Shown here: positions 17,087 through 25,766 of the stretch, in pieces
Position numbering within the stretch: position 1 is the first letter of the stretch
Layout: the number at the start of each line of letters is the position of its first letter
IMG/VR virus record: IMGVR_UViG_2693429662_000008
Strand: one strand, 5' to 3'
Origin: a virus
Lineage: Duplodnaviria > Heunggongvirae > Uroviricota > Caudoviricetes
Length of the DNA: 40,489 nt
The notes under the pieces: generated by a model
What the model was told of the DNA's origin: nothing
Database searches by the model: none
What the model saw: only the letters and a program-made list of their open reading frames with translations
Made by a program: the position numbers and the translations under genes

Positions 17087-17586
17087 CAGATTTGCCCCAC
17101 GATGCAGCGCGCTTTGTCCTGGATACGGGCAACCGACCAGCGCATGTCACGCCACATTTCATCGATGGTGTCATCGATGCTGTCGGCCTTTTTGTCACCT
17201 TTGGCGCTGGCATCAACACCCCGGTAACGCTCGTACAGCATCGCGGTCGTCATCGAGCAAACAGCATTGAAGTAGTGAAAAACCCGCACACTTTCGCCGT
17301 CGAGCTCATCCGTCGGCACATCCTCGAGGCGCTGATAACCGGCGGCGAGCTGAAGGTCGCGCCAGTCGGTTAACTCGGCGTTAGTCTCGGCCATCGCGGT
17401 TTTAATCGCCCGGCGCAGACGCACCGGCGTCACTGTCTGCTCGAGGCGCATTTCTTCGCGCATACGCTTCGGATCAACATCCGGGAAAAAGGCCGTGTTT
17501 TTAATCACCGGCTCGTCGACCGGCACCGGCGGGATGACCATCGGGTCGCGCTGTTGCGCCGGGTTATTCATCACAATCATGGTCAT
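17086..17586 (-). CDS. L: Head completion/stabilisation protein L (P2 gpL)
   Basis: 166 aa; position after M. Confidence 0.85.
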   Translation of the reverse strand: MTMIVMNNPAQQRDPMVIPPVPVDEPVIKNTAFFPDVDPKRMREEMRLEQTVTPVRLRRAIKTAMAETNAELTDWRDLQLAAGYQRLEDVPTDELDGESVRVFHYFNAVCSMTTAMLYERYRGVDASAKGDKKADSIDDTIDEMWRDMRWSVARIQDKARCIVGQI

Positions 17587-17683
17587 GAGTACCTCAGTAA
17601 ATAGGTGGGCGGTGGACGCCGGTCGCAGTTAGGGTGAATCACCGACATTGACCAGCGTGCCGCCCGGCGCGGGGCGCGTTCTG

Positions 17684-18442
17684 TTAACCGGCGACTTTCT
17701 TCGGGCGTCCGCGCCCCCGTTTCACCGGTGAATCTTGTTTTTTCGCGGGTGCCTTTTTCGCGGCTTTCGGCGCTGTTTTTTTGACGGCGACCGGTTTCGG
17801 GTTCAGCTCACGAGTGAGGGTCTCAATGTCTTTTCTTACCCCGGCGTTGGTGTCGAGCTGTAAGGCGCGTTGCAGGTGAGAAAGCGCATTCTCAGGCTGA
17901 CCGGCATCACGCAGGGTCAGACCGGTGACCTTATGCAGCCGGGCGCGTACTTCGTCAGGCATATCGGCCTCAGCAGTCAGCCCGATGACGTAAAGGAGTT
18001 GCTCAGCGTCGACCGGCTCCCCGGCAATTCGGGCGCGGGTTGCCGCGAGTGCGACCTCTTCGGCCAGCATGTAAGGTGTGGTGCGGGAATGATATTCCGG
18101 CATCGACAGGCCGAAACGCAGCGCATAGCGCGCAATCTCAATCGCGCCGGTGATATCCCCCGCATCAAGACGCCAGAGCATCACCGTCATCAGAATGTCA
18201 TCCTGTGCGCCGGTGCCGCTTTCCAGTACGCCAGCGACCCACGGCAGGTACAGCGGGAGTAATTCGCGTTTTTTATCCGCTTTGCGTTCTTTAGAACGAA
18301 TTGCTGATAGCGTCCGGCGGTCTGCGGCCAGCTTGACGAGCATTTGCTCGTAAGGTGAGGCATGACGCAGCGGGGCGTTATCCCGCTGCGATGCCCTGAT
18401 AGCCGAGACCCGCATCGCGTGACGCTGTGCGGGGGTTGCCAT
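17684..18442 (-). CDS. M: Terminase endonuclease (small) subunit M (P2 gpM)
   Basis: 252 aa with a lysine/alanine-rich basic C-terminal tail; order N-M-L. Confidence 0.85.
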   Translation of the reverse strand: MATPAQRHAMRVSAIRASQRDNAPLRHASPYEQMLVKLAADRRTLSAIRSKERKADKKRELLPLYLPWVAGVLESGTGAQDDILMTVMLWRLDAGDITGAIEIARYALRFGLSMPEYHSRTTPYMLAEEVALAATRARIAGEPVDAEQLLYVIGLTAEADMPDEVRARLHKVTGLTLRDAGQPENALSHLQRALQLDTNAGVRKDIETLTRELNPKPVAVKKTAPKAAKKAPAKKQDSPVKRGRGRPKKVAG

Positions 18443-18445
18443 CGG

Positions 18446-19606
18446 TTATGCCTCCGTGCCGTCAGTGGTGCTGGCTTTAGCCGGTGCGTCGCCTGTCAGA
18501 GACTGCATCGCTTTGACCATTGCCGCCGCGAAGACTTCCGCGCTCACTGGTTCAGAGGTGGCGGGTTCTTCCGGCTCGAGGATCTCGATATTTTCAATCA
18601 GGCAACCGGCCTCGTAGTCCTCGATAACGAAATCGACTTTGACCTGTTCGTAGTTTTCCACCTGGTCGAGTTTCGGATTTTCGATGATGTGGCGGCGGTG
18701 GCCGTCCTCGTACAGATAAATCGAAATGTTATCCAGCGTGGTAATGAAAACGCTGTTTGCCGGGAAGAACGGCGCGCGCACCGCCTGAAGCTGACCGATG
18801 GTTTTCTGACTGATAATCAACTCACCGGCGAGCTGTTCGCTGTTCGCCTGGAATTTGTTAATCATCGGGAAGTATTTATCGGTCAGGATACGGCGACCAC
18901 AGATGACCACCATTTCCGGGTTTTCGCGGTGAATTTCCGCGACCAGTGACTCAAACGCATCCATAACCAGTGCGTCGAGGTTGGCGTAATGCCCACCTTT
19001 ACCCACTTTGATGGTGTTCGAAATCACAGTACCGTCAGCGGCGGTGATGCTGGACATTACCCGCTCAGGCGCATCGTTGCGGTATTTCTGCAACCAGCCG
19101 ACAGCCACGTCCTGAAGTAACGGGTTTTTGCTACGGTCAGACGTCGCCGCCCGGCTCACGCCGTTAAAGCCGATGGTGATGTAATCCAGCGCCTGACGTT
19201 TGATGATGGCGTTACGGATCCGAATCTGGAAATCCTGAAAGCGCGCCCACAGGTCGAGCTTGTTGTACTTCAGGTGATAGTCGAAGTTCACCGGATGACA
19301 GAAATAGCGGTACGCATCCATTTTCGCGAAATCAGCGGTTTTGCGCTCGACCCCGCCGTCGGTGTCAGCGGTGCTGGCAATGGAGCCGGTCACATCGATG
19401 CCGACCTTCTCTTCGGTCAGCTCGCCAACCGTCACCATGTTGATGAGCTTCAGGAAGCTGGACGACTGCTGGATTTTGTCAAACAGGGTCTGCGTCACCG
19501 ACGGCTCGACGGTGAATTTTTTGTCTAGGTCGCTGGTCGCGATGCCGTTCAGTTCGGCGATACGGCTCAGGTACTGATTGAATTTAAAACGGGTCTCTTT
19601 ACGCAT
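18446..19606 (-). CDS. N: Major capsid protein N (P2 gpN)
   Basis: 386 aa, MRKETRFKFNQYLSRIAELNG N-terminus typical of P2-family capsid precursors. Confidence 0.9.
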   Translation of the reverse strand: MRKETRFKFNQYLSRIAELNGIATSDLDKKFTVEPSVTQTLFDKIQQSSSFLKLINMVTVGELTEEKVGIDVTGSIASTADTDGGVERKTADFAKMDAYRYFCHPVNFDYHLKYNKLDLWARFQDFQIRIRNAIIKRQALDYITIGFNGVSRAATSDRSKNPLLQDVAVGWLQKYRNDAPERVMSSITAADGTVISNTIKVGKGGHYANLDALVMDAFESLVAEIHRENPEMVVICGRRILTDKYFPMINKFQANSEQLAGELIISQKTIGQLQAVRAPFFPANSVFITTLDNISIYLYEDGHRRHIIENPKLDQVENYEQVKVDFVIEDYEAGCLIENIEILEPEEPATSEPVSAEVFAAAMVKAMQSLTGDAPAKASTTDGTEA

Positions 19607-19627
19607 GAGTTTTGTATTCCTTCGGGG

Positions 19628-20491
19628 TTAGCAGTCGGTCAGGGTGGAGCCCGCCGAATCACCGTCACCACCGGTGCTTAACTTGCGGCGCGCCTGTGAT
19701 TTGCTTTCGGTGTTTTCCAGCGTGGTAGTCAGGGTACTGAATTGCTGCGAGGTGGCGTCGGCCTGTTCGGCCAGCGCTTTTTTGACGTCGGCGAGTTCTG
19801 TTTCAATTGCGCTGAAACGCATCTCGGCGCTTTCACCGCCGGTCTGTACCCGCTCAGCGATGGCGGTCACGGCTTCATGTACATCACCGAAACGCGCATC
19901 GTCGTCAGTCTGTTTACGGCTGAAGATGCCTTTCACGGTGTCACTGAGTTTGCTCAGCAGGGTGTCGGGCAGGTCTTCGAATTCCAGCTCGGCAGGGGTT
20001 GCCACTGAGAACAGGTCGCCCGGCTGGTCTTTCTTCCCGGCCAGTGGGTTTTGTTGTGCGCGGGAACAGAATTGCAGGTATTCGGTACCGAGGCTCGCCG
20101 GGTCGTCGGTTACCGCCAATCCGATGAGGTGACACTTGCCTGTGTTGGCAAAGTTCGGGCGAATTTCCATCGAGGTGTAAACCTTCTGGCCTTTCGCCAG
20201 CATTGCGAGCAGGTTGTCGAGCGGGGCAATTTTGCCGAACAGCGCCAGTTTGCCGTTTAGCGCCGAATCGTCGTCGATCACTTCTGCTTTCACTTCCGTG
20301 ACGTCGCCATAACGGCAAAACTGGCCATCGGGAATAACGCTGCGGATATGCTCGAGGTTAATGCGACAGCCGTAGACACGCGGGTCAAAGCCGTTTGCCA
20401 TATCCTGAATATCGGTCGCACTGATGACGCGACCGTCGCAGGTGTCCCCCTCTACGCCGATGCGAAACCATTTCGAAATTTTTTTAGCCAT
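19628..20491 (-). CDS. O: Capsid scaffolding protein O (P2 gpO)
   Basis: 287 aa, MAKKISKWFRIGVEGDTCDGR N-terminus; divergent from P. Confidence 0.9.
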   Translation of the reverse strand: MAKKISKWFRIGVEGDTCDGRVISATDIQDMANGFDPRVYGCRINLEHIRSVIPDGQFCRYGDVTEVKAEVIDDDSALNGKLALFGKIAPLDNLLAMLAKGQKVYTSMEIRPNFANTGKCHLIGLAVTDDPASLGTEYLQFCSRAQQNPLAGKKDQPGDLFSVATPAELEFEDLPDTLLSKLSDTVKGIFSRKQTDDDARFGDVHEAVTAIAERVQTGGESAEMRFSAIETELADVKKALAEQADATSQQFSTLTTTLENTESKSQARRKLSTGGDGDSAGSTLTDC

Positions 20492-20655
20492 GAGTCAGGT
20501 GTCCTGAGTTGGGTTATCGGGTCGGATGTAGTTTCCCGACTCCCTCCCTCGCCAGCCACCGGTTACAGAAGTGCAACCCCTGACACAACAGAGGGTTAGC
20601 GATTCCCTCCCCCTGAATCTTTAGCCTTGCCGTGTACTCATCACAGTGAGGTTTT

Positions 20656-22425
20656 ATGACTACTACCAATGACACATCACTACTCAGCGACCCGCGACGA
20701 CAGGCCGCGCTTTTGTTCTGGCAGGGCTATTCCGTGCCACAAATCGCGGAGCAGTTACAGGTCAAGCGCCCCACGGTGCAGAGCTGGAAACAGCGCGATA
20801 AATGGGAAGAGACCGCCCCGTTAAACCGGGTTGAATTCACGCTTGAGGCACGGCTGATTCAGCTCTACGCAAAGCCCGACCTGACGGCTCACGACTTTAA
20901 GGTCGCGGATTTTCTGGCGCGCCAGATGGAGCGCCTCGCGCGGGTTAACCGCTACGGCCAGACCGGCAACGAAGCGGATTTAAACCCGAACGTGGCCAAC
21001 CGCAACAAAGGGGAAAAGAAGAAGCCGAAAAAGAATTTTTTCAGCGAAGAGGCTATCGAGAAACTCGAAGAGATTTTCCTCGAGCAGTCTTTCGACTATC
21101 AGCTCGAGTGGTGGCGCGCGGGGCTGGCGCACCGCATCAGGCACATCCTGAAATCGCGACAGATTGGCGCGACGTTCTATTTTGCGCGTGAGGCACTGTT
21201 ACAGGCGCTGAAGACAGGCCACAACCAGATATTTTTATCAGCCAGTAAGACACAGGCCTACGTGTTCCGAAAATACATCATCGCCTTTGCCCGACAGGCT
21301 GGCGTTGAACTCACCGGCGACCCGATTGTGCTCGGCAACAATGGCGCGGAGCTGATGTTTCTCGGTACCAATGCCAACACCGCACAGAGCCACAACGGCG
21401 ACCTGTATGTCGACGAAATTTTCTGGATCCCCAACTTCCAGAAACTGAAGCGTGTCGCCGGGGGTATGTCGTCACAGGAGCATTTGCGCACGACCTATTT
21501 TTCGACCCCCTCATCGCTGGCGCACGGAGCTTACCCGTTCTGGTCGGGTGAGCAGTTCAACAAGGGGCGCTCAGACAAGAGCGAGCGAGTCGATATCGAT
21601 ATCAGTCACGCCGCACTCGCGAGGGGCGTCGCCTGTCCTGACGGCCAGTGGCGACAGATTGTCACCATCGAGGACGCACTCGCCAAAGGGTGCACGCTGT
21701 TCAACATCGATACGTTAAAGCGCGAGAACAGTGTCGATGAGTTCCGCAACCTGTTTATGTGCGAGTTCGTCGACGATAAAGCGTCGGTATTCCCGTTCGA
21801 AGAGCTGCAACGCTGCATGGTCGACAGCCTCGAGAAATGGGAGGACTACGCGCCATTTGCCGACAGGCCATTCACTCATCGTCCGGTGTGGATTGGCTAC
21901 GACCCGTCATTACGTGGCGACAGCGCCGGATGCGTCGTTATCGCGCCGCCAGTCGTTGCCGGTGGCAAATTCCGCATCCTCGAGCGCCACCAGTGGAAAG
22001 GGATGGACTTCGCCCAACAGGCCGAATCCATTCGCGAGCTCACGCAGAAATACACTGTGGAATATATCGGTATCGATGCGACCGGGCTCGGTCAGGGCGT
22101 CTTCCAGCTCGTGCGCTCGTTCTACCCGGCCGCGCGTGAAATCCGCTACACGCCAGAAATGAAAACCTCAATGGTGCTCAAAGCCAAAGACACCATTCGC
22201 CGCGGTTGCCTCGAGTACGACGTCAGCGCAACCGATATCACGCAGTCGTTTATGTCTATCCGCAAAACCATGACCAGCAGCGGGCGCAGCTCGACCTATG
22301 AGGCCAGCCGCACCGAGGAAGCCAGTCACGCCGATCTCGCATGGGCAACCATGCACGTATTAATCAATGAGCCGCTGACCGCCGCGACCGGTGAGCAGTC
22401 ATCCAGCATCATGGAGTGGAACTAA
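20656..22425 (+). CDS. P: Terminase ATPase (large) subunit P (P2 gpP)
   Basis: 589 aa; divergently transcribed from O as in P2. Confidence 0.9.
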   Translation: MTTTNDTSLLSDPRRQAALLFWQGYSVPQIAEQLQVKRPTVQSWKQRDKWEETAPLNRVEFTLEARLIQLYAKPDLTAHDFKVADFLARQMERLARVNRYGQTGNEADLNPNVANRNKGEKKKPKKNFFSEEAIEKLEEIFLEQSFDYQLEWWRAGLAHRIRHILKSRQIGATFYFAREALLQALKTGHNQIFLSASKTQAYVFRKYIIAFARQAGVELTGDPIVLGNNGAELMFLGTNANTAQSHNGDLYVDEIFWIPNFQKLKRVAGGMSSQEHLRTTYFSTPSSLAHGAYPFWSGEQFNKGRSDKSERVDIDISHAALARGVACPDGQWRQIVTIEDALAKGCTLFNIDTLKRENSVDEFRNLFMCEFVDDKASVFPFEELQRCMVDSLEKWEDYAPFADRPFTHRPVWIGYDPSLRGDSAGCVVIAPPVVAGGKFRILERHQWKGMDFAQQAESIRELTQKYTVEYIGIDATGLGQGVFQLVRSFYPAAREIRYTPEMKTSMVLKAKDTIRRGCLEYDVSATDITQSFMSIRKTMTSSGRSSTYEASRTEEASHADLAWATMHVLINEPLTAATGEQSSSIMEWN

Positions 22426-23462
22426 TGAGCAAGAAACGCAACAAGCGCCAGCAGCAGCCGCGCACTCAAAACCACACCGCCGCACCGGCGCAGAGCATGG
22501 AAGCATTCACTTTTGGTGAGCCGACGCCGGTACTCGACCGCCGCGATATTCTCGACTACGTCGAGTGCATCGACAACGGCCAGTGGTACGAGCCGCCGGT
22601 GAGCTTTTCCGGGCTGGCGAAGAGCATGCGCGCCGCCGTGCATCACAGCTCGCCGATTTACGTGAAGCGTAATATTCTGGTATCGACCTACATCCCGCAC
22701 CCGCTGTTATCCCGTCAGGACTTCACCCGGTTTGCGCTCGACTATCTGGTGTTTGGTAATGCGTTTATCGAAGAGCGTCGCGGCCTGACCGGCAAGCCGT
22801 TAAAACTGGAAACTTCACCGGCGAAATATACCCGCCGTGGCATCGAGGATGACGTGTACTGGTATATTCAGTCCTACACGCAGCCGCACCAGTTCGCGCC
22901 CGGCTCCGTCTTCCACCTGCTCGAGCCCGATATTAATCAGGAGCTTTACGGGATGCCGGAATACCTGAGCGCGCTCAATTCAGCCTGGCTGAATGAATCG
23001 GCGACACTGTTCCGTCGCAAGTATTACCAGAACGGCGCACATGCGGGTTACATCATGTACGTGACCGACGCGGCGCAAAGCAGCGCTGACGTCGAGGCGC
23101 TGCGAAAGGCGATGCGCGACTCAAAAGGGCTCGGCAATTTTAAGAACCTATTTTTCTACGCACCAAACGGTAAAGCCGACGGGATTAAAATTGTGCCGCT
23201 GAGCGAAGTTGCCACGAAGGATGATTTTTTTAATATCAAGAAAGTCAGCGCCGCTGACCTTCTCGACGCGCACCGCATCCCATTCCAGCTTATGGGCGGT
23301 AAGCCCGAGAACGTCGGCTCAGTGGGTGACGTTGAGAAGGTGGCAAAGGTCTTTGTGCGTAACGAACTGACCCCGCTACAGGCGCGGTTTATGGAGCTGA
23401 ACGAGTGGGCGGGTGAAGAGATTATCCGCTTCGAAAAATATAGCCTCGGCGACGACGAGTAA
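22416..23462 (+). CDS. Q: Portal (capsid vertex) protein Q (P2 gpQ)
   Basis: 348 aa immediately downstream of and overlapping P. Confidence 0.9.
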   Translation: MELMSKKRNKRQQQPRTQNHTAAPAQSMEAFTFGEPTPVLDRRDILDYVECIDNGQWYEPPVSFSGLAKSMRAAVHHSSPIYVKRNILVSTYIPHPLLSRQDFTRFALDYLVFGNAFIEERRGLTGKPLKLETSPAKYTRRGIEDDVYWYIQSYTQPHQFAPGSVFHLLEPDINQELYGMPEYLSALNSAWLNESATLFRRKYYQNGAHAGYIMYVTDAAQSSADVEALRKAMRDSKGLGNFKNLFFYAPNGKADGIKIVPLSEVATKDDFFNIKKVSAADLLDAHRIPFQLMGGKPENVGSVGDVEKVAKVFVRNELTPLQARFMELNEWAGEEIIRFEKYSLGDDE

Positions 23463-23638
23463 CCCCACCTACAGCCGCCCGTCGTGGCGGCTTTACCCCC
23501 ACCGCACACAACACCCTCAGCGCCACGACACGCCGTCGCCGCTTCGCTTCACCTCGTAACTCACCCACTACAACAACAACGCCACAGCGACGCGCCCAGG
23601 CGCTGAATAAATAAATTAAATACCACGCTCAGCGCGCA

Positions 23639-23657
23639 ATGCTATCCCCGCCACGCC
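23639..23657. other. Candidate cos site (19-nt cohesive-end sequence)
   Basis: Minus-strand reading GGCGTGGCGGGGATAGCAT differs at one position from the phage 186 cohesive end as I remember it (GGCGTGGCGGGGAAAGCAT). Location just beyond the portal gene is as expected for P2-family phages. Relies on recalled sequence. Confidence 0.45.
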
Positions 23658-23803
23658 TGCCCGCTTTATGGGTCGGTTTTAATGCAGTTGCATGACCACT
23701 CTGGATCTGCGCCAGCTCTGGCATTACACGTCCAGAACTAGCAAGCCTTGCGAATGCAAAACCATGCTTCTTATACATGCACAGCTAAAAACAGAAAATA
23801 ACA

Positions 23804-23832
23804 TAAAAAAACCGGCATCAAGATGCCGGTTT
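23804..23832 (-). terminator. Rho-independent terminator downstream of the acyltransferase gene
   Basis: Hairpin CCGGCAT / ATGCCGG with a 4-nt loop, followed on the minus strand by a run of seven or eight T. Confidence 0.65.
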
Positions 23833-23929
23833 AGTTCATATCATATCATGCTTGCACTTGTGGCCTATAAATGTGCTGAAAATACTATTAAGTAAAACAT
23901 CCATGATCATCGTTCTGCTGAAGCCCTGT

Positions 23930-25147
23930 TTAATTAGCTTTATCAAGGCGTCCCCCCACCACCATCCGCTTGTAATTTATTGCGAACAACTTAATTTTTT
24001 CAGGGAACTTTGACGCCAAAATTATTGACTTTCTGTCTACATATGAATAAAAGGGCATTGATATCAAAATAGTTATCATCGAAGTTAAGATAAATGTAAC
24101 AAACGCACCAACGGACGGCGACGCAATGTTTTTGTAAACCCAAAAACCAACTATAGATATAACAAATGGATGAAGCAAGTATATTGAAAATGACAACTTC
24201 CCAATAAACAAGACTACATTTTTGCTCATCCCCCTTAAACATCTCCCATTCACAAAGACAGAAGCAATAATCAAAAAAGAACCAAGCGATATTGTAAACT
24301 CTGGCCATTGTATTAATATACCGCATTGAAACTGAAGGTAGAGGTAAAATTCAACCAGATCTTTATACGCAGTGCTCGCCGGTGCATACCCAACAAGATA
24401 AAGGCCAATAAACAACATAAGAAGCGATACAAACTTTCTTAACCGTCCATTATTTTCACTTATCTCGAAAGTTGATAAAAACACACCAGAAAGGAAAAGC
24501 CCATAATAAATTACATTAATACTACCAGACAAAAACATGCAAACAAATGAAATAAACGACAACCAGCGAAGAATGGTCTTGTTCTCACCAAACAGAGATA
24601 TAAATCCGTATACCAATATAGAACCAAAAAACTCAATACTAATAGTCCACAGAACATAGTTATACTTTATATTACCAAAAAGCATAGCGCCAAATGAAGC
24701 ATCCCATATGGCTGACACTATATTCCCATCAAAACTAAACGCAGTCATTAACGGCATTGATGCAGCGGGGCTATCCTTATCCGGAAAAAAGCCCAACAAC
24801 ATTATAAAATAGCAAATAATCACAGATGCTGCTACGGGAACCCCAAGCCTAATGTATCTCTTCAATGCTGATGCTTGTATATAACGTATTTCGTTATTAT
24901 TTTTTTGGCAACTCAGTGACAAAACCAACCCGCTCAAAACAAAGAATAAGCTAACAGCAGATCCCCCCTTATAGAAAAAAGTAAAAGGGCTATTAAATAA
25001 ATTTTCTTGCCACTTGCTATCAAACATACTGCCAGAATGCACCGAAGGTATAAACATTAAAAATGAATGCGATAAAACGACAGCCATGGCTGCCACACCT
25101 CTTATCCCATCAAAGATTTTTACATTATTTCTCTCATTATCACTCAT
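23930..25147 (-). CDS. Cargo gene: membrane acyltransferase, acyltransferase-3 family (O-antigen/polysaccharide acetyltransferase-like; probable lysogenic conversion gene)
   Basis: 405 aa, about ten hydrophobic helices, N-terminal FDGIRGVAAMAVVLSHS motif typical of acyltransferase-3 (Oac-like) proteins. Strongly AT-rich; sits between cos and the replication region where P2 carries tin/old. Confidence 0.85.
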   Translation of the reverse strand: MSDNERNNVKIFDGIRGVAAMAVVLSHSFLMFIPSVHSGSMFDSKWQENLFNSPFTFFYKGGSAVSLFFVLSGLVLSLSCQKNNNEIRYIQASALKRYIRLGVPVAASVIICYFIMLLGFFPDKDSPAASMPLMTAFSFDGNIVSAIWDASFGAMLFGNIKYNYVLWTISIEFFGSILVYGFISLFGENKTILRWLSFISFVCMFLSGSINVIYYGLFLSGVFLSTFEISENNGRLRKFVSLLMLFIGLYLVGYAPASTAYKDLVEFYLYLQFQCGILIQWPEFTISLGSFLIIASVFVNGRCLRGMSKNVVLFIGKLSFSIYLLHPFVISIVGFWVYKNIASPSVGAFVTFILTSMITILISMPFYSYVDRKSIILASKFPEKIKLFAINYKRMVVGGRLDKAN

Positions 25148-25440
25148 GCAAAAAACCTTTTATAATAAAAAATGTCATTTCGATTAACGTATTGTATTGG
25201 TTATTATTGTGTTATAACTGACAATCAACCTTAAAAAAACGCGGCATTATAGCACCTTAAGCCTGTTGTATGAATATCATTATTGTTTTGACAGGAAGAG
25301 TTCCGTTTACGCCCCACCTAACCTTCGGAGCACTGAGTAGTGCTCCCAATGAGGTTGGAATAAGGGGAGATTCAAAAAATAGCTGACCATTCTATGCAGG
25401 CAACCCAACTACCAGCATACAACTTGTTTTTTCTCGCAAC

Positions 25441-25623
25441 TTACTCAGCCTTTGTTAATCGTTCTTCAGCATGGGTTGCAGAGAAAACCAGTGAAAAGGA
25501 GTTATTTTTCATCAAGTTGCCTCTCACTATTTCTGCAATCAAATTCAATGCGATTTCACGGTCTCTTTCCTTACAAGTCCCTTCAGCCGTTAGACGCGCA
25601 ATCATTTCGACTCGCTCAATCAT
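25441..25623 (-). CDS. Small ORF under a LexA box (position of the 186 tum antirepressor; possibly truncated)
   Basis: 60 aa from the ATG at 25623 (MIERVEMIARLTAEG...), 46 bp downstream of a consensus LexA box. The longer ORF-track start at 25734 would translate the operator itself and is rejected. Function inferred only from position and regulation. Confidence 0.35.
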   Translation of the reverse strand: MIERVEMIARLTAEGTCKERDREIALNLIAEIVRGNLMKNNSFSLVFSATHAEERLTKAE

Positions 25624-25668
25624 AACGTGCTCACTTAATTCTCTATCCACACAACCTCCACAACGAGA

Positions 25669-25688
25669 TACTGTATAAACATACAGTA
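25669..25688. promoter_or_regulatory. LexA operator (SOS box)
   Basis: TACTGTATAAACATACAGTA: palindromic CTGT-N8-ACAG with flanking TA, close to the consensus TACTGTATATATATACAGTA. Confidence 0.7.
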
Positions 25689-25766
25689 ACACGTGTTGAT
25701 AAAAAATGTGAAGGAAAAAAACCAATAAATACACTGTATGTGCATGATATGGATGAATATTAACGG

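Noticed and set aside
20492-20655. Ogr-type late promoter element (TGT-N12-ACA) in the O/P divergent region
   Set aside because: Several partial matches but none I could place confidently by eye; left unannotated rather than guessed.
23692-23895. Plus-strand ORF (67 aa) in the cos region
   Set aside because: Overlaps the terminator hairpin and AT-rich noncoding DNA; no RBS.
24000-24326. Minus-strand ORF (108 aa) inside the acyltransferase gene
   Set aside because: Alternative frame of a well-supported membrane protein gene.
25624-25734. N-terminal extension of the small SOS-regulated ORF (97-aa version)
   Set aside because: Would translate through the LexA box and promoter; the start at 25623 is more plausible.
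25729-25750. Second possible LexA half-site (ACACTGTATGTGCATGAT)
   Set aside because: Has CTGT but lacks the partner ACAG at the correct spacing.
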